The notes below the pieces were generated by a model that worked only from the letters and a program-made list of their open reading frames with translations, had not been told where the DNA came from and made no database searches. Below, piece after piece: positions 22,801 to 37,800 of a DNA stretch of 64,000 nt. Both the position numbers and the translations under genes were made by a program. Within the stretch, counting starts at the first letter, position 1, and each line of letters starts with the position of its first letter. This stretch comes from Eledone cirrhosa (Eukaryota): NCBI GenBank assembly GCA_964016885.1, contig OZ024744.1, positions 30,318,001 to 30,382,000 of the forward strand, written 5' to 3'.

Positions 22801-25800
22801 TTAGACCTGGTGTATATGAGAAATATGGAGAGTGGCAGAGATGGAGGCAATGACAGTGGGAGATTGGTTCCTCTGTGTTTAGACCTGGTGTATATGAGAG
22901 ATAGGGAGAGTGGGAGAGACGGAGGCAGTGACAGTGGGAGGTTGGTTCCACTGTGTTTGGACCTGGTGTATATGAGAGATAGGGAGAGAGTGGGAGAGAC
23001 GTAGGCAGTGACAGTGGGAGGTTGGTTCCTCTGTGTTTAGACCTGGTGTATTTGAGAGATAGGGAGAGAGTGGGAGGTTGGTTCCTCTGTGTTTAGACCT
23101 GGTGTATATGAGAGATAGGGAGAGAGTGGGAGAGACGGAGGCAGTGACAGTGGGAGGTTGGTTCCTCTGTGTTTAGACCTGTTGTATATGAGAGATAGGG
23201 AGAGAGTGGGAGAGATGGAGGCAGTGACAGTGGGAGATTGGTTCCTCTGTGTTTAGACCTGGTGTATATGAGAGATAGGGAGAGAGTGGGAGAGACGTAG
23301 GCAGTGACAGTGGGAGGTTGGTTCCTCTGTGTTTAGACCTGGTGTATATGAGAGATAGGGAGAGAGTGGGAGGTTGGTTCCTCTGTGTTTAGACCTGGTG
23401 TATATGAGAGATAGGGAGAGAGTGGGAGAGACGGAGGCAGTGACAGTGTGAGGTTGGTTCCTCTGTATTTAGACCTGGTGTATATGAGAGATAAGGAGAG
23501 AGTGGGAGAGATGGAGGCAGTGACAGTGGGAGATTGGTTCCTCTGTGTTTAGACCTGGTGTATATGAGAGATAGGGAGAGAGTGGGAGAGACGGAGGCAA
23601 TGACAGTGGGAGGTTGGTTCCTCTGTGTTTAGACCTGGTGTATATGAGAGATAGGGAGAGAGTGGGAGAGACGGAGGCAATGACAGTGGGAGGTTGGTTC
23701 CTCTGTGTTTGGACCTGGTGTATATGAGAGATAGGGAGAGAGTGGGAGAGATGGAGGCAGTGACAGTGGGAGGTTGGTTCCTCTGTGTTTGGACCTGGTG
23801 TATATGAGAGATAGGGAGAGAGTGGGAGAGACGTAGGCAGTGACAGTGGGAGGTTGGTTCCTCTGTGTTTGGACATGGTGTGTATGAGAGATAGGGAGAG
23901 AGTGGGAGAGACGGAGGCAGTGACAGTGGGAGGTTGGTTCCACTGTGTTTAGACCTGGTGTATATGAGAGATAGGGAGAGAGGCAGAGATGGAGACAGTG
24001 ACAGTGGGAGGTTGGTTCCTCTGTGTTTGGACAAGGTGTATATGAGAGATTGGGAGAGTGGGAGAGACGGAGTCAGTGACAGTGGGAGGTTGGTTCCTCT
24101 GTGTTTAGACCTGGTGTATATGAGAAATAGGGAGAGTGGGAGAGACGGAGGCAATGACAGTGGGAGGTTGGTTCCTCTGTGTTTAGACCTGGTGTATTTG
24201 AGAGATAGGGAGAGAGTGGGAGAGACGGAGGCAATGACAGTGTGAGGTTGGTTCCTCTGTATTTAGACCTGGTGTATATGAGAGATAGGGAGAGAGTGGG
24301 AGAGATGGAGGCAGTGACAGTGGGAGGTTGGTTCCTCTGTGTTTAGACCTGGTGTATATGAGAGATAGGGAGAGAGGCAGAGATGGAGACAGTGACAGTG
24401 GGAGGTTGGTTCCTCTGTGTTTGGACATGGTGTATATGAGAGATAGGGAGAGAGTGGGTGAGATGGAGGCAGTGGGAGGTTGGTTCCTCTGTGTTTAGAC
24501 CTGGTGTATATGAGAGATAGGGAGAGAGTGAAGAGAGTGAGAGAGACGGAGGCAGTGACAGTGGGAGGTTGGTTCCTCTGTGTTTAGACCTGGTGTATAT
24601 GAGAGATAGGGAGAGTGGCAGAGATGGAGGCAGTGACAGTGGGAGGTTGGTTCCTCTGTGTTTGGACATGGTGTATATGAGAGATAGGGAGAGAGTGGGA
24701 GAGACGGAGGCAGTGACAGTGGGAGGTTGGTTCCACTGTGTTTAGACCTGGTGTATATGAGAGAGAGGGAGAGAGTGGGAGAGACTGAGGCACTGACAGT
24801 GGGAGGTTGGTTCCTCTGTGTTTAGACCTGGTGTATATGAGAGATAGGGAGAGTGGGAGAGACGGAGGCAGTGACAGTGGGAGGTTGGTTCCACTGTGTT
24901 TGGACCTGGTGTATATGAGAGATAGGGAGAGAGTGGGAGAGACGGAGGCAGTGACAGTGGGAGGTTGGTTCCTCTGTGTTTAGACCTGGTGTATATGAGA
25001 GATAGGGAGAGAGTGGGAGGTTGGTTCCTCTGTGTTTAGACCTGGTGTATATGAGAGATAGGGAGAGAGTGGGAGAGACGGAGGCAGTGACAGTGGGAGG
25101 TTGGTTCCTCTGTGTTTAGACCTGGTGTATATGAGAGATAGGAAGAGAGTGGGAGAGATGGAGGCAGTGACAGTGGGAGGTTGGTTCCTCTGTGTTTAGA
25201 CCTGGTGTATATGAGAGAGAGGGAGAGAGTGGGAGAGACGGAGGCAGTGAAAGTGGGAGGTTGGTTCCTCTGTGTTTGGACCTGGTGTATATGAGAGATA
25301 GGGAGAGTGGGAGAGATGGAGGCAGTGACAGTGGGAGGTTGGTTCCTCTGTGTTTGGACCTGGTGTATATGAGAGATTGGGAGAGTGGGAGAGACGGAGT
25401 CAGTGACAGTGGGAGGTTGGTTCCTCTGTGTTTAGACCTGGTGTATATGAGAAATAGGGAGAGTGGGAGAGACGGAGGCAATGACAGTGGGAGGTTGGTT
25501 CCTCTGTGTTTAGACCTGGTGTATTTGAGAGATAGGGAGAGAGTGGGAGAGACGGAGGCAATGACAGTGTGAGGTTGGTTCCTCTGTATTTAGACCTGGT
25601 GTATATGAGAGATAGGGAGAGAGTGGGAGAGATGGAGGCAGTGACAGTGGGAGGTTGGTTCCTCTGTGTTTAGACCTGGTGTATATGAGAGATAGGGAGA
25701 GAGGCAGAGATGGAGACAGTGACAGTGGGAGGTTGGTTCCTCTGTGTTTGGACATGGTGTATATGAGAGATAGGGAGAGAGTGGGTGAGATGGAGGCAGT

Positions 25801-28800
25801 GGGAGGTTGGTTCCTCTGTGTTTAGACCTGGTGTATATGAGAGATAGGGAGAGAGTGAAGAGAGTGAGAGAGACGGAGGCAGTGACAGTGGGAGGTTGGT
25901 TCCTCTGTGTTTAGACCTGGTGTATATGAGAGATAGGGAGAGTGGCAGAGATGGAGGCAGTGACAGTGGGAGGTTGGTTCCTCTGTGTTTGGACATGGTG
26001 TATATGAGAGATAGGGAGAGAGTGGGAGAGACGGAGGCAGTGACAGTGGGAGGTTGGTTCCACTGTGTTTAGACCTGGTGTATATGAGAGAGAGGGAGAG
26101 AGTGGGAGAGACTGAGGCACTGACAGTGGGAGGTTGGTTCCTCTGTGTTTAGACCTGGTGTATATGAGAGATAGGGAGAGTGGGAGAGACGGAGGCAGTG
26201 ACAGTGGGAGGTTGGTTCCACTGTGTTTGGACCTGGTGTATATGAGAGATAGGGAGAGAGTGGGAGAGACGGAGGCAGTGACAGTGGGAGGTTGGTTCCT
26301 CTGTGTTTAGACCTGGTGTATATGAGAGATAGGGAGAGAGTGGGAGGTTGGTTCCTCTGTGTTTAGACCTGGTGTATATGAGAGATAGGGAGAGAGTGGG
26401 AGAGACGGAGGCAGTGACAGTGGGAGGTTGGTTCCTCTGTGTTTAGACCTGGTGTATATGAGAGATAGGAAGAGAGTGGGAGAGATGGAGGCAGTGACAG
26501 TGGGAGGTTGGTTCCTCTGTGTTTAGACCTGGTGTATATGAGAGAGAGGGAGAGAGTGGGAGAGACGGAGGCAGTGAAAGTGGGAGGTTGGTTCCTCTGT
26601 GTTTGGACCTGGTGTATATGAGAGATAGGGAGAGTGGGAGAGATGGAGGCAGTGACAGTGGGAGGTTGGTTCCTCTGTGTTTAGACCTGGTGTATTTGAG
26701 AGATAGGGAGAGAGTGGGAGAGATGGAGGCAGTGACAGTGGGAGGTTGGTTCCTCTGTGTTTGGACCTGGTGTATATGAGAGATAGGGAGAGAGTGGGAG
26801 AGATGGAGGCAGTGACAGTGGGAGGTTGGTTCCTCTGTGTTTGGACCTGGTGTATATGACAGATAGGGAGAGTGAGAGAGACGGAGGCAGTGACAGTTCG
26901 AGGTTGGTTCCTCTGTGTTTGGACCTGGTGTATATGAGAGATAGGGAGAGAGTGGGAGAGATGGAGGCAGTGACAGTGGGAGGTTGGTTCCTCTGTGTTT
27001 GGACCTGGTGTATATGAGAGATAGGGAGAGAGTGGGAGAGACGTAGGCAGTGACAGTGGGAGGTTGGTTCCTCTGTGTTTGGACCTGGTGTATATGAGAG
27101 ATAGGGAGAGAGTGGGAGAGACTGAGGCAGTGACAGTGGGAGGTTGGTTCCTCTGTGTTTGGACCTTGTGTATATGAGAGATAGGGAGAGAGTGGGTGAG
27201 ATGGAGTCAGTGGGAGGTTGGTTCCTCTGTGTTTAGACCTGGTGTATATGAGAGATAGGGAGAGAGTGAAGAGAGTGAGAGAGACGGAGGCAGTGACAGT
27301 GGGAGGTTGGTTCCTCTGTGTTTAGTCCTGGTGTATATGAGAGATAGGGAGAGTGGCAGAGATGGAGGCAGTGACAGTGGGAGGTTGGTTCCTCTGTGTT
27401 TGGACATGGTGTATATGAGAGATAGGGAGAGAGTGGGAGAGATGGAGACAGTGGGAGGTGGGTTCCTCTGTGTTTGGACCTGGTGTATATTAGAGATAGG
27501 CAGAGAGTGAGAGAGACGGAGGCAATGACAGTGGGAGGTTGGTTCCTCTTTGTTTAGACCTGCTGTATATTAGAGATAGGGAGAGAGTGAGAGAGACGGA
27601 GGCAATGACAGTGGGAGGTTGGTTCCTCTGTGTTTAGACCTGGTGTATATGAAAAATAGGGAGAGTGGCAGAGATGGAGGCAGTGACAGTGGGAGATTGG
27701 TTCCTCTGTGTTTAGACCTGGTGTATATGAGAGATAGGGAGAGCGTGAGAGAGACGGAGGCAGTGACAGTGGGAGGTTGGTTCCTCTGTGTTTAGACTTG
27801 GTGTATATGGGAGATTGGGAGAGAGTGAGAGAGACAGAAGCAGTGACAGTGGGAGGTTGGTTCCTCTGTGTTTAGACCTGGTGTATATGAGAGATAGGGA
27901 GTGAGTGGGAGAGACGGAGGCAGTGACAGTGGGAGGTTGGTTACTCTGTGTTTGGACCTGGTGTATATGAGAGAGTGGGAGAGAGTGAGAGAGACGGAGG
28001 CAGTGACAGTGGGAGGTTGGTTCCTCTGTATTTGGACCTGGTGTATATGAGAGATAGGGAGAGAGTGAGAGAGACGGAGGTAGTGATAGTGGGAGGTTGA
28101 TTCCTCTGTTAGGACCTGGTGTATATGAGAGATAGGGAGAGAGTGGGTGAGATGGAGGCAGTGGGAGGTGGGTTCCTCTGTGTTTGGACCTGGTGTATAT
28201 GAGAGATAGGGAGAGTGGCAGAGATGGAGGCAGTGACAGTGGGAGGTTGGTTCCTCTGTGTTTGGACCTGGTGTATATGAGAGATAGGGAGAGAGTGGGA
28301 GAGACGGAGTCGGTGACAGTGGGAGGTTGGTTCCTCTGTGTTTAGACCTGGTGTATATGAGAGAGAGGGAGAGAGTGAGAGAGACGGAGGCAGTGACAGT
28401 GGGAGGTTGGTTCCACTGTGTTTGGACCTGGTGTATATGAGAGATAGGGAGAGAGTGGGAGAGACGGAGGCAGTGACAGTGGGAGGTTGGTTCCTCTGTG
28501 TTTGGAACTGGTGTATATGAGAGATAAGGAGAGTGGGAGAGAGACGGAGGCAGTGACAGTGGGAGGTTGGTTCCACTGTGTTTAGACCTGGTGTATATGA
28601 GAGAGAGGGAGAGAGTGGGAGAGACTGAGGCAGTGACAGTGGGAGGTTGGTTCCTCTGTGTTTAGACCTGGTGTATATGAGAGATAGGGAGAGTGGGAGA
28701 GACGGAGGCAGTGACAGTGGGAGGTTGGTTCCACTGTGTTTGGACCTGGTGTATATGAGAGATAGGGAGAGAGTGGGAGAGACGGAGGCGGTGACAGTGG

Positions 28801-31800
28801 GAGGTTGGTTCCTCTGTGTTTAGACCTGGTGTATATGATAGATAGGGAGAGAGTTGAAGGTTGGTTCCTCTGTGTTTAGACCTGGTGTATATGAGAGATA
28901 CGGAGAGAGTGGGAGAGACGGAGGCAGTGACAGTGGGAGGTTGGTTCCTCTGTGTTTAGACCTGGTGTATATGAGAGATAGGGAGATTGTGGGAGAGACG
29001 GAGGCAGTGACAGTGGGAGGTTGGTTCCTCTGTGTTTAGACCAGGTGTATATGAGAGATAGGGAGAGAGTGAGAGACGTAGGCAGTGACAGTGGGAGGTT
29101 GGTTCCTCTGTGTTTGGACCTGGTGTATATGAGAGAGTGGGAGAGAGTGAGAGAGACGGAGGCAGTGACAGTGGGAGGTTGGTTCCTCTGTGTTTGGACC
29201 TGGTGTATATGAGAGAGTGGGAGAGAGTGAGAGAGACGGAGGCAGTGACAGTGGGAGGTTGGTTCCTCTGTGTTTGGACCTGGTGTATATGAGAGATAGC
29301 GAGAGAGTGGGAGAGACGGAGGCAGTGACAGTGGGAGGTTGGTTCCTCTCTGTTAGGACCTGGTGTATATGAGAGATAGGGAGAGAGTGGGAGAGACGGA
29401 GGCAGTGACAGTGGGAGGTTGGTTCCTCTGTGTTTAGACCTGGTGTATACGATAGATAGGGAGAGTGGCAGAGATGGAGGCAGTGACAGTGGGAGGTTGG
29501 TTCCTCTGTGTTTGGACATGGTGTATATGAGAGATAGGGAGAGAGTGGGAGAGATGGAGACAGTGGGAGGTGGGTTCCTCTGTGTTTGGACCTGGTGTAT
29601 ATTAGAGATAGGGAGAGAGTGAGAGAGACGGAGGCAATGACAGTGGGAGGTTGGTTCCTCTGTGTTTAGACCTGGTGTATATGAGAAATAGGGAGAGTGG
29701 CAGAGATGGAGGCAGTGACAGTGGGAGATTGGTTCCTCTGTGTTTAGACCTGGTGTATATGAGAGATAGGGAGAGCGTGAGAGAGACGGAGGCAGTGACA
29801 GTGGGAGGTTGGTTCCTCTGTGTTTAGACTTGGTGTATATGGGAGATTGGGAGAGAGTGAGAGAGACAGAAGCAGTGACAGTGGGAGGTTGGTTCCTCTG
29901 TGTTTAGACCTGGTGTATATGAGAGATAGGGAGAGAGTGGAAGAGACGGAGGCAGTGACAGTGGGAGGTTGGTTTCTCTGTGTTTGGACCTGGTGTATAT
30001 GAGAGAGTGGGAGAGAGTGAGAGAGACGGAGGCAGTGACAGTGGGAGGTTGGTTCCTCTGTGTTTGGACCTGGTGTATATGAGAGATAGGGAGAGAGTGA
30101 AAGAGACGGAGGTAGTGATAGTGGGAGGTTGGTTCCTCTGTTAGGACCTGGTGTATATGAGAGATAGGGAGAGAGTGGGAGAGACGTAGGCAGTGACAGT
30201 GGGAGGTTGGTTCCTCTGTGTTTGGACCTGGTGTATATGAGAGATAGGGAGAGAGTGGGAGAGACGGAGTCGGTGACAGTGGGAGGTTGGTTCCTCTGTG
30301 TTTAGACATGTGTATATGAGAGAGAGGGAGAGAGTGAGAGAGACGGAGGCAGTGACAGTGGGAGGTTGGTTCCACTGTGTTTGGACCTGGTGTATATGAG
30401 AGATAGGGAGAGAGTGGGAGAGACGGAGGCAGTGACAGTGGGAGGTTGGTTCCTCTGTGTTTGGAACTGGTGTATATGAGAGATAAGGAGAGTGGGAGGG
30501 AGACGGAGGCAGTGACAGTGGGAGGTTGGTTCCACTGTGTTTAGACCTGGTGTATATGAGAGAGAGGGAGAGAGTGGCAGAGACTGAGGCAGTGACAGTG
30601 GGAGGTTGGTTCCTCTGTGTTTAGACCTGGTGTATATGAGAGATAGGGAGAGTGGGAGAGACGGAGGCAGTGACAGTGGGAGGTTGGTTCCACTGTGTTT
30701 GGACCTGGTGTATATGAGAGATAGGGAGAGAGTGGGAGAGACGGAGGCGGTGACAGTGGGAGGTTGGTTCCTCTGTGTTTAGACCTGGTGTATATGATAG
30801 ATAGGGAGAGAGTTGAAGGTTGGTTCCTCTGTGTTTAGACCTGGTGTATATGAGAGATAGGGAGAGAGTGGGAGAGATGGAGGCAGTGACAGTGGGAGAT
30901 TGGTTCCTCTGTGTTTAGACCTGGTGTATATGAGAGATAGGGAGAGTGGGAGTGATGGAGACAGTGACAGTGGGAGGTTGGTTCCTCTGTGTTTAGACCT
31001 GCTGTATATTAGAGATAGGGAGAGAGTGAGAGAGACGGAGGCAATGACAGTGGGAGGTTGGTTCCTCTGTGTTTAGACCTGGTGTATATGAGAAATAGGG
31101 AGAGTGGCAGAGATGGAGGCAATGACAGTGGGAGATTGGTTCCTCTGTGTTTAGACCTGGTGTATATGAGAGATAGGGAGAGTGGGAGAGATGGAGACAG
31201 TGACAGTGGGAGGTTGGTTCCTCTGTGTTTGGACCTGGTGTATATGAGAGATAGGGAGAGAGTGAGAGAGACGGAGGCAGTGACAGTGGGAGGTTGGTTC
31301 CACTGTGTTTGGACCTGGTGTATATGAGAGATAAGGTGAGTGGGAGAGATGGAGACAGTGACAGTGGGAGGTTGGTTCCACTGTGTTTGGACCTGGTGTA
31401 TATGAGAGATAGGGAGAGAGTGGGAGAGACGGAGGCAGTGACAGTGGGAGGTTGGTTCCTCTGTGTTTGGACCTGGTGTATATGAGAGAGTGGGAGAGAG
31501 TGAGAGAGACGGAGGCAGTGACAGTGGGAGGTTGGTTCCTCTGTGTTTGGACCTGGTGTATATGAGAGATAGGGAGAGAGTGAGAGAGACGGAGGTAGTG
31601 ATAGTGGGAGGTTGGTTCCTCTGTTAGGACCTGGTGTATATGAGAGATAGGGAGAGAGTGGGAGAGACGTAGGCAGTGACAGTGGGAGGTTGGTTCCTCT
31701 GTGTTTGGACCTGGTGTATATGAGAGATAGGGAGAGAGTGGGAGAGACGGAGTCGGTGACAGTGGGAGGTTGGTTCCTCTGTGTTTAGACCTGGTGTATA

Positions 31801-34800
31801 TGAGAGAGAGGGAGAGAGTGAGAGAGACGGAGGCAGTGACAGTGGGAGGTTGGTTCCACTGTGTTTGGACCTGGTGTATATGAGAGATAGGGAGAGAGTG
31901 GGAGAGACGGAGGCAGTGACAGTGGGAGGTTGGTTCCTCTGTGTTTGGAACTGGTGTATATGAGAGATAAGGAGAGTGGGAGAGAGACGGAGGCAGTGAC
32001 AGTGGGAGGTTGGTTCCACTGTGTTTAGACCTGGTGTATATGAGAGAGAGGGAGAGAGTGGGAGAGACTGAGGCAGTGACAGTGGGAGGTTGGTTCCTCT
32101 GTGTTTAGACCTGGTGTATATGAGAGATAGGGAGAGTGGGAGAGACGGAGGCAGTGACAGTGGGAGGTTGGTTCCACTGTGTTTGGACCTGGTGTATATG
32201 AGAGATAGGGAGAGAGTGGGAGAGACGGAGGCGGTGACAGTGGGAGGTTGGTTCCTCTGTGTTTAGACCTGGTGTATATGATAGATAGGGAGAGAGTTGA
32301 AGGTTGGTTCCTCTGTGTTTAGACCTGGTGTATATGAGAGATAGGGAGAGAGTGGGAGAGATGGAGGCAGTGACAGTGGGAGATTGGTTCCTCTGTGTTT
32401 AGACCTGGTGTATATGAGAGATAGGGAGAGTGGGAGTGATGGAGACAGTGACAGTGGGAGGTTGGTTCCTCTGTGTTTAGACCTGCTGTATATTAGAGAT
32501 AGGGAGAGAGTGAGAGAGACGGAGGCAATGACAGTGGGAGGTTGGTTCCTCTGTGTTTAGACCTGGTGTATATGAGAAATAGGGAGAGTGGCAGAGATGG
32601 AGGCAATGACAGTGGGAGATTGGTTCCTCTGTGTTTAGACCTGGTGTATATGAGAGATAGGGAGAGTGGTTGAGATGGAGACAGTGACAGTGGGAGGTGG
32701 TTCCTCTGTGTTTGGACCTGGTGTATATGAGAGATAGGGAGAGAGTGAGAGAGACGGAGGCAGTGACAGTGGGAGGTTGGTACCACTGTGTTTGGACCTG
32801 GTGTATATGAGAGATAAGGTGAGTGGGAGAGATGGAGACAGTGACAGTGGGAGGTTGGTTCCACTGTGTTTGGACCTGGTGTATATGAGAGATAGGGAGA
32901 GAGTGGGAGAGACGGAGGCAGTGACAGTGGGAGGTTGGTTCCTCTGTGTTTAAACCTGGTGTATATGAGAGATAGGGAGAGAGTGGGAGGTTGGTTCCTC
33001 TGTGTTTAGACCTGGTGTATATGAGAGATAGGGAGAGAGTGGGAGAGACGGAGGCAGTGACAGTGGGAGGTTGGTTCCTCTGTGTTTAGACCTGGTGTAC
33101 ATGAGAGATAGGGAGAGAGTGGGAGAGATGGAGGCAGTGACAGTGGGAGGTTGGTTCCTCTGTGTTTAGACCTGGTGTATATGAGAGATAGGGAGAGAGT
33201 GGGAGAGACGGAGGCAGTGAAAGTGGGAGGTTGGTTCCTCTGTGTTTGGACCTGGTGTATATGAGAGATAGGGAGAGTGGGAGAGATGGAGGCAGTGACA
33301 GTGGGAGGTTGGTTCCTCTGTGTTTAGACCTGGTGTATTTGAGAGATAGGGAGAGAGTGGGAGAGATGGAGGCAGTGACAGTGGGAAGTTGGTTCCTCTG
33401 TGTTTGGACCTGGTGTATATGAGAGATAGGGAGAGAGTGGGAGAGATGGAGGCAGTGACAGTGGGAGGTTGGTTCCTCTGTGTTTGGACCTGGTGTATAT
33501 GACAGATAGGGAGAGTGAGAGAGACGGAGGCAGTGACAGTTCGAGGTTGGTTCCTCTGTGTTTGGACCTGGTGTATATGAGAGATAGGGAGAGAGTGGGA
33601 GAGATGGAGGCAGTGACAGTGGGAGGTTGGTTCCTCTGTGTTTGGACCTGGTGTATATGAGAGATAGGGAGAGAGTGGGAGAGACGTAGGCAGTGACAGT
33701 GGGAGGTTGGTTCCTCTGTGTTTGGACCTGGTGTATATGAGAGATAGGGAGAGAGTGGGAGAGACTGAGGCAGTGACAGTGGGAGGTTGGTTCCTCTGTG
33801 TTTGGACCTGGTGTATATGAGAGATAGGGAGAGAGTGGGTGAGATGGAGGCAGTGGGAGGTTGGTTCCTCTGTGTTTAGACCTGGTGTATATGAGAGATA
33901 GGGAGAGAGTGAAGAGAGTGAGAGAGACGGAGGCAGTGACAGTGGGAGGTTGGTTCCTCTGTGATTAGACCTGGTGTATATGAGAGATAGGGAGAGTGGC
34001 AGAGATGGAGGCAGTGACAGTGGGAGGTTGGTTCCTCTGTGTTTGGACATGGTGTATATGAGAGATAGGGAGAGAGTGGGAGAGATGGAGACAGTGGGAG
34101 GTGGGTTCCTCTGTGTTTGGACCTGGTGTATATTAGAGATAGTGAGAGAGTGAGAGAGACGGAGGCAATGACAGTGGGAGGTTGGTTCCTCTGTGTTTAG
34201 ACCTGCTGTATATTAGAGATAGGGAGAGAGTGAGAGAGACGGAGGCAATGACAGTGGGAGGTTGGTTCCTCTGTGTTTAGACCTGGTGTATATGAGAGAT
34301 AGGGAGAGTGGCAGAGATGGAGGCAGTGACAGTGGGAGGTTGGTTCCTCTGTGTTTGGACATGGTGTATATGAGAGATAGGGAGAGAGTGGGAGAGATGG
34401 AGACAGTGGGAGGTGGGTTCCTCTGTGTTTGGACCTGGTGTATATTAGAGATAGTGAGAGAGTGAGAGAGACGGAGGCAATGACAGTGGGAGGTTGGTTC
34501 CTCTGTGTTTAGACCTGCTGTATATTAGAGATAGGGAGAGAGTGAGAGAGACGGAGGCAATGACAGTGGGAGGTTGGTTCCTCTGTGTTTAGACCTGGTG
34601 TATATGAAAAATAGGGAGAGTGGCAGAGATGGAGGCAGTGACAGTGGGAGATTGGTTCCTCTGTGTTTAGACCTGGTGTATATGAGAGATAGGGAGAGCG
34701 TGAGAGAGACGGAGGCAATGACAGTGGGAGGTTGGTTCCTCTGTGTTTAGACCTGGTGTATATGAGAAATAGGGAGAGTGGCAGAGATGGAGGCAATGAC

Positions 34801-37800
34801 AGTGGGAGATTGGTTCCTCTGTGTTTAGACCTGGTGTATATGAGAGATAGGGAGAGTGGGAGAGATGGAGACAGTGACAGTGGGAGGTTGGTTCCTCTGT
34901 GTTTGGACCTGGTGTATATGAGAGATAGGGAGAGAGTGAGAGAGACGGAGGCAGTGACAGTGGGAGGTTGGTTCCACTGTGTTTGGACCTGGTGTATATG
35001 AGAGATAAGGTGAGTGGGAGAGATGGAGACAGTGACAGTGGGAGGTTGGTTCCACTGTGTTTGGACCTGGTGTATATGAGAGATAGGGAGAGAGTGGGAG
35101 AGACGGAGGCAGTGACAGTGGGAGGTTGGTTCCTCTGTGTTTGGACCTGGTGTATATGAGAGAGTGGGAGAGAGTGAGAGAGACGGAGGCAGTGACAGTG
35201 GGAGGTTGGTTCCTCTGTGTTTGGACCTGGTGTATATGAGAGATAGGGAGAGAGTGAGAGAGACGGAGGTAGTGATAGTGGGAGGTTGGTTCCTCTGTTA
35301 GGACCTGGTGTATATGAGAGATAGGGAGAGAGTGGGAGAGACGTAGGCAGTGACAGTGGGAGGTTGGTTCCTCTGTGTTTGGACCTGGTGTATATGAGAG
35401 ATAGGGAGAGAGTGGGAGAGACGGAGTCGGTGACAGTGGGAGGTTGGTTCCTCTGTGTTTAGACCTGGTGTATATGAGAGAGAGGGAGAGAGTGAGAGAG
35501 ACGGAGGCAGTGACAGTGGGAGGTTGGTTCCACTGTGTTTGGACCTGGTGTATATGAGAGATAGGGAGAGAGTGGGAGAGACGGAGGCAGTGACAGTGGG
35601 AGGTTGGTTCCTCTGTGTTTGGAACTGGTGTATATGAGAGATAAGGAGAGTGGGAGAGAGACGGAGGCAGTGACAGTGGGAGGTTGGTTCCACTGTGTTT
35701 AGACCTGGTGTATATGAGAGAGAGGGAGAGAGTGGGAGAGACTGAGGCAGTGACAGTGGGAGGTTCGTTCCTCTGTGTTTAGACCTGGTGTATATGAGAG
35801 ATAGGGAGAGTGGGAGAGACGGAGGCAGTGACAGTGGGAGGTTGGTTCCACTGTGTTTGGACCTGGTGTATATGAGAGATAGGGAGAGAGTGGGAGAGAC
35901 GGAGGCGGTGACAGTGGGAGGTTGGTTCCTCTGTGTTTAGACCTGGTGTATATGATAGATAGGGAGAGAGTTGAAGGTTGGTTCCTCTGTGTTTAGACCT
36001 GGTGTATATGAGAGATAGGGAGAGAGTGGGAGAGATGGAGGCAGTGACAGTGGGAGATTGGTTCCTCTGTGTTTAGACCTGGTGTATATGAGAGATAGGG
36101 AGAGTGGGAGTGATGGAGACAGTGACAGTGGGAGGTTGGTTCCTCTGTGTTTAGACCTGCTGTATATTAGAGATAGGGAGAGAGTGAGAGAGACGGAGGC
36201 AATGACAGTGGGAGGTTGGTTCCTCTGTGTTTAGACCTGGTGTATATGAGAAATAGGGAGAGTGGCAGAGATGGAGGCAATGACAGTGGGAGATTGGTTC
36301 CTCTGTGTTTAGACCTGGTGTATATGAGAGATAGGGAGAGTGGGAGAGATGGAGACAGTGACAGTGGGAGGTGGTTCCTCTGTGTTTGGACCTGGTGTAT
36401 ATGAGAGATAGGGAGAGAGTGAGAGAGACGGAGGCAGTGACAGTGGGAGGTTGGTTCCACTGTGTTTGGACCTGGTGTATATGACAGATAAGGTGAGTGG
36501 GAGAGATGGAGACAGTGACAGTGGGAGGTTGGTTCCACTGTGTTTGGACCTGGTGTATATGAGAGATAGGGAGAGAGTGGGAGAGACGGAGGCAGTGACA
36601 GTGGGAGGTTGGTTCCTCTGTGTTTAGACCTGGTGCATATGAGAGATAGGGAGAGAGTGGGAGAGACGGAGGCAGTGACAGTGGGAGGTTGGTTCCTCTG
36701 TGTTTGGACCTGGTGTATATGAGAGATAGGGAGAGAGTGAGAGAGACGGAGGCAGTGACAGTGTGAGGTTGGTTCCTCTGTGTTTGGACCTGGTGTATAT
36801 GAGAGAGTGGGAGAGACGGAGGCAGTGACAGTGGGAGGTTGGTTCCTCTGTGTTTGGACCTGGTGTATATGAGAGATAGGGAGAGTGGGAGAGATGTGGT
36901 CAGTGACAGTGGGAGGTTGGTTCCTCTGTGTTTAGACCTGGTGTATATGAGAGATAAGGAGAGAGTGGGAGAGAGACGGAGGCAGTGACAGTGGGAGGTT
37001 GGTTCCTCTGTGTTTAGACCTGGTGTATATGAGAGATAGGGGGAGAGTGGGAGAGACGGAGGCAGTGACAGTGGGAGGTTGGTTCCTCTGTGTTTGGACC
37101 TGGTGTATATGAGAGATAAGGAGAGAGTGGGAGAGAGACGGAGGCAGTGACAGTGGGAGGTTGGTTCCTCTGTGTTTAGACCTGGTGTATATGAGAGATA
37201 GGGGGAGAGTGGGAGAGACGGAGGCAGTGACAGTGGGAGGTTGGTTCCTCTGTGTTTGAACCTGGTGTATATGAGAGATAGGGAGAGAGTGGGAGAGATG
37301 GAGGCAGTGACAGTGGGAGGTTGGTTCCTCTGTGTTTGGACCTGGTGTATATGAGAGAGAGGGAGAGAGTGGGAGAGACGGAGGCAGTGACAGTGGGAGG
37401 TTGGTTCCTCTGTGTTTAGACCTGGTGTATATGAGAGATAGGGAGAGAGTGGGAGAGACGGAGGCAGTGAAAGTGGGAGGTTGGTTCCTCTGTGTTTGGA
37501 CCTGGTGTATATGAGAGATAGGGAGAGTGGGAGAGATGGAGGCAGTGACAGTGGGAGGTTGGTTCCTCTGTGTTTAGACCTGGTGTATTTGAGAGATAGG
37601 GAGAGAGTGGGAGAGATGGAGGCAGTGACAGTGGGAAGTTGGTTCCTCTGTGTTTGGACCTGGTGTATATGAGAGATAGGGAGAGAGTGGGAGAGATGGA
37701 GGCAGTGACAGTGGGAGGTTGGTTCCTCTGTGTTTGGACCTGGTGTATATGACAGATAGGGAGAGTGAGAGAGACGGAGGCAGTGACAGTTCGAGGTTGG

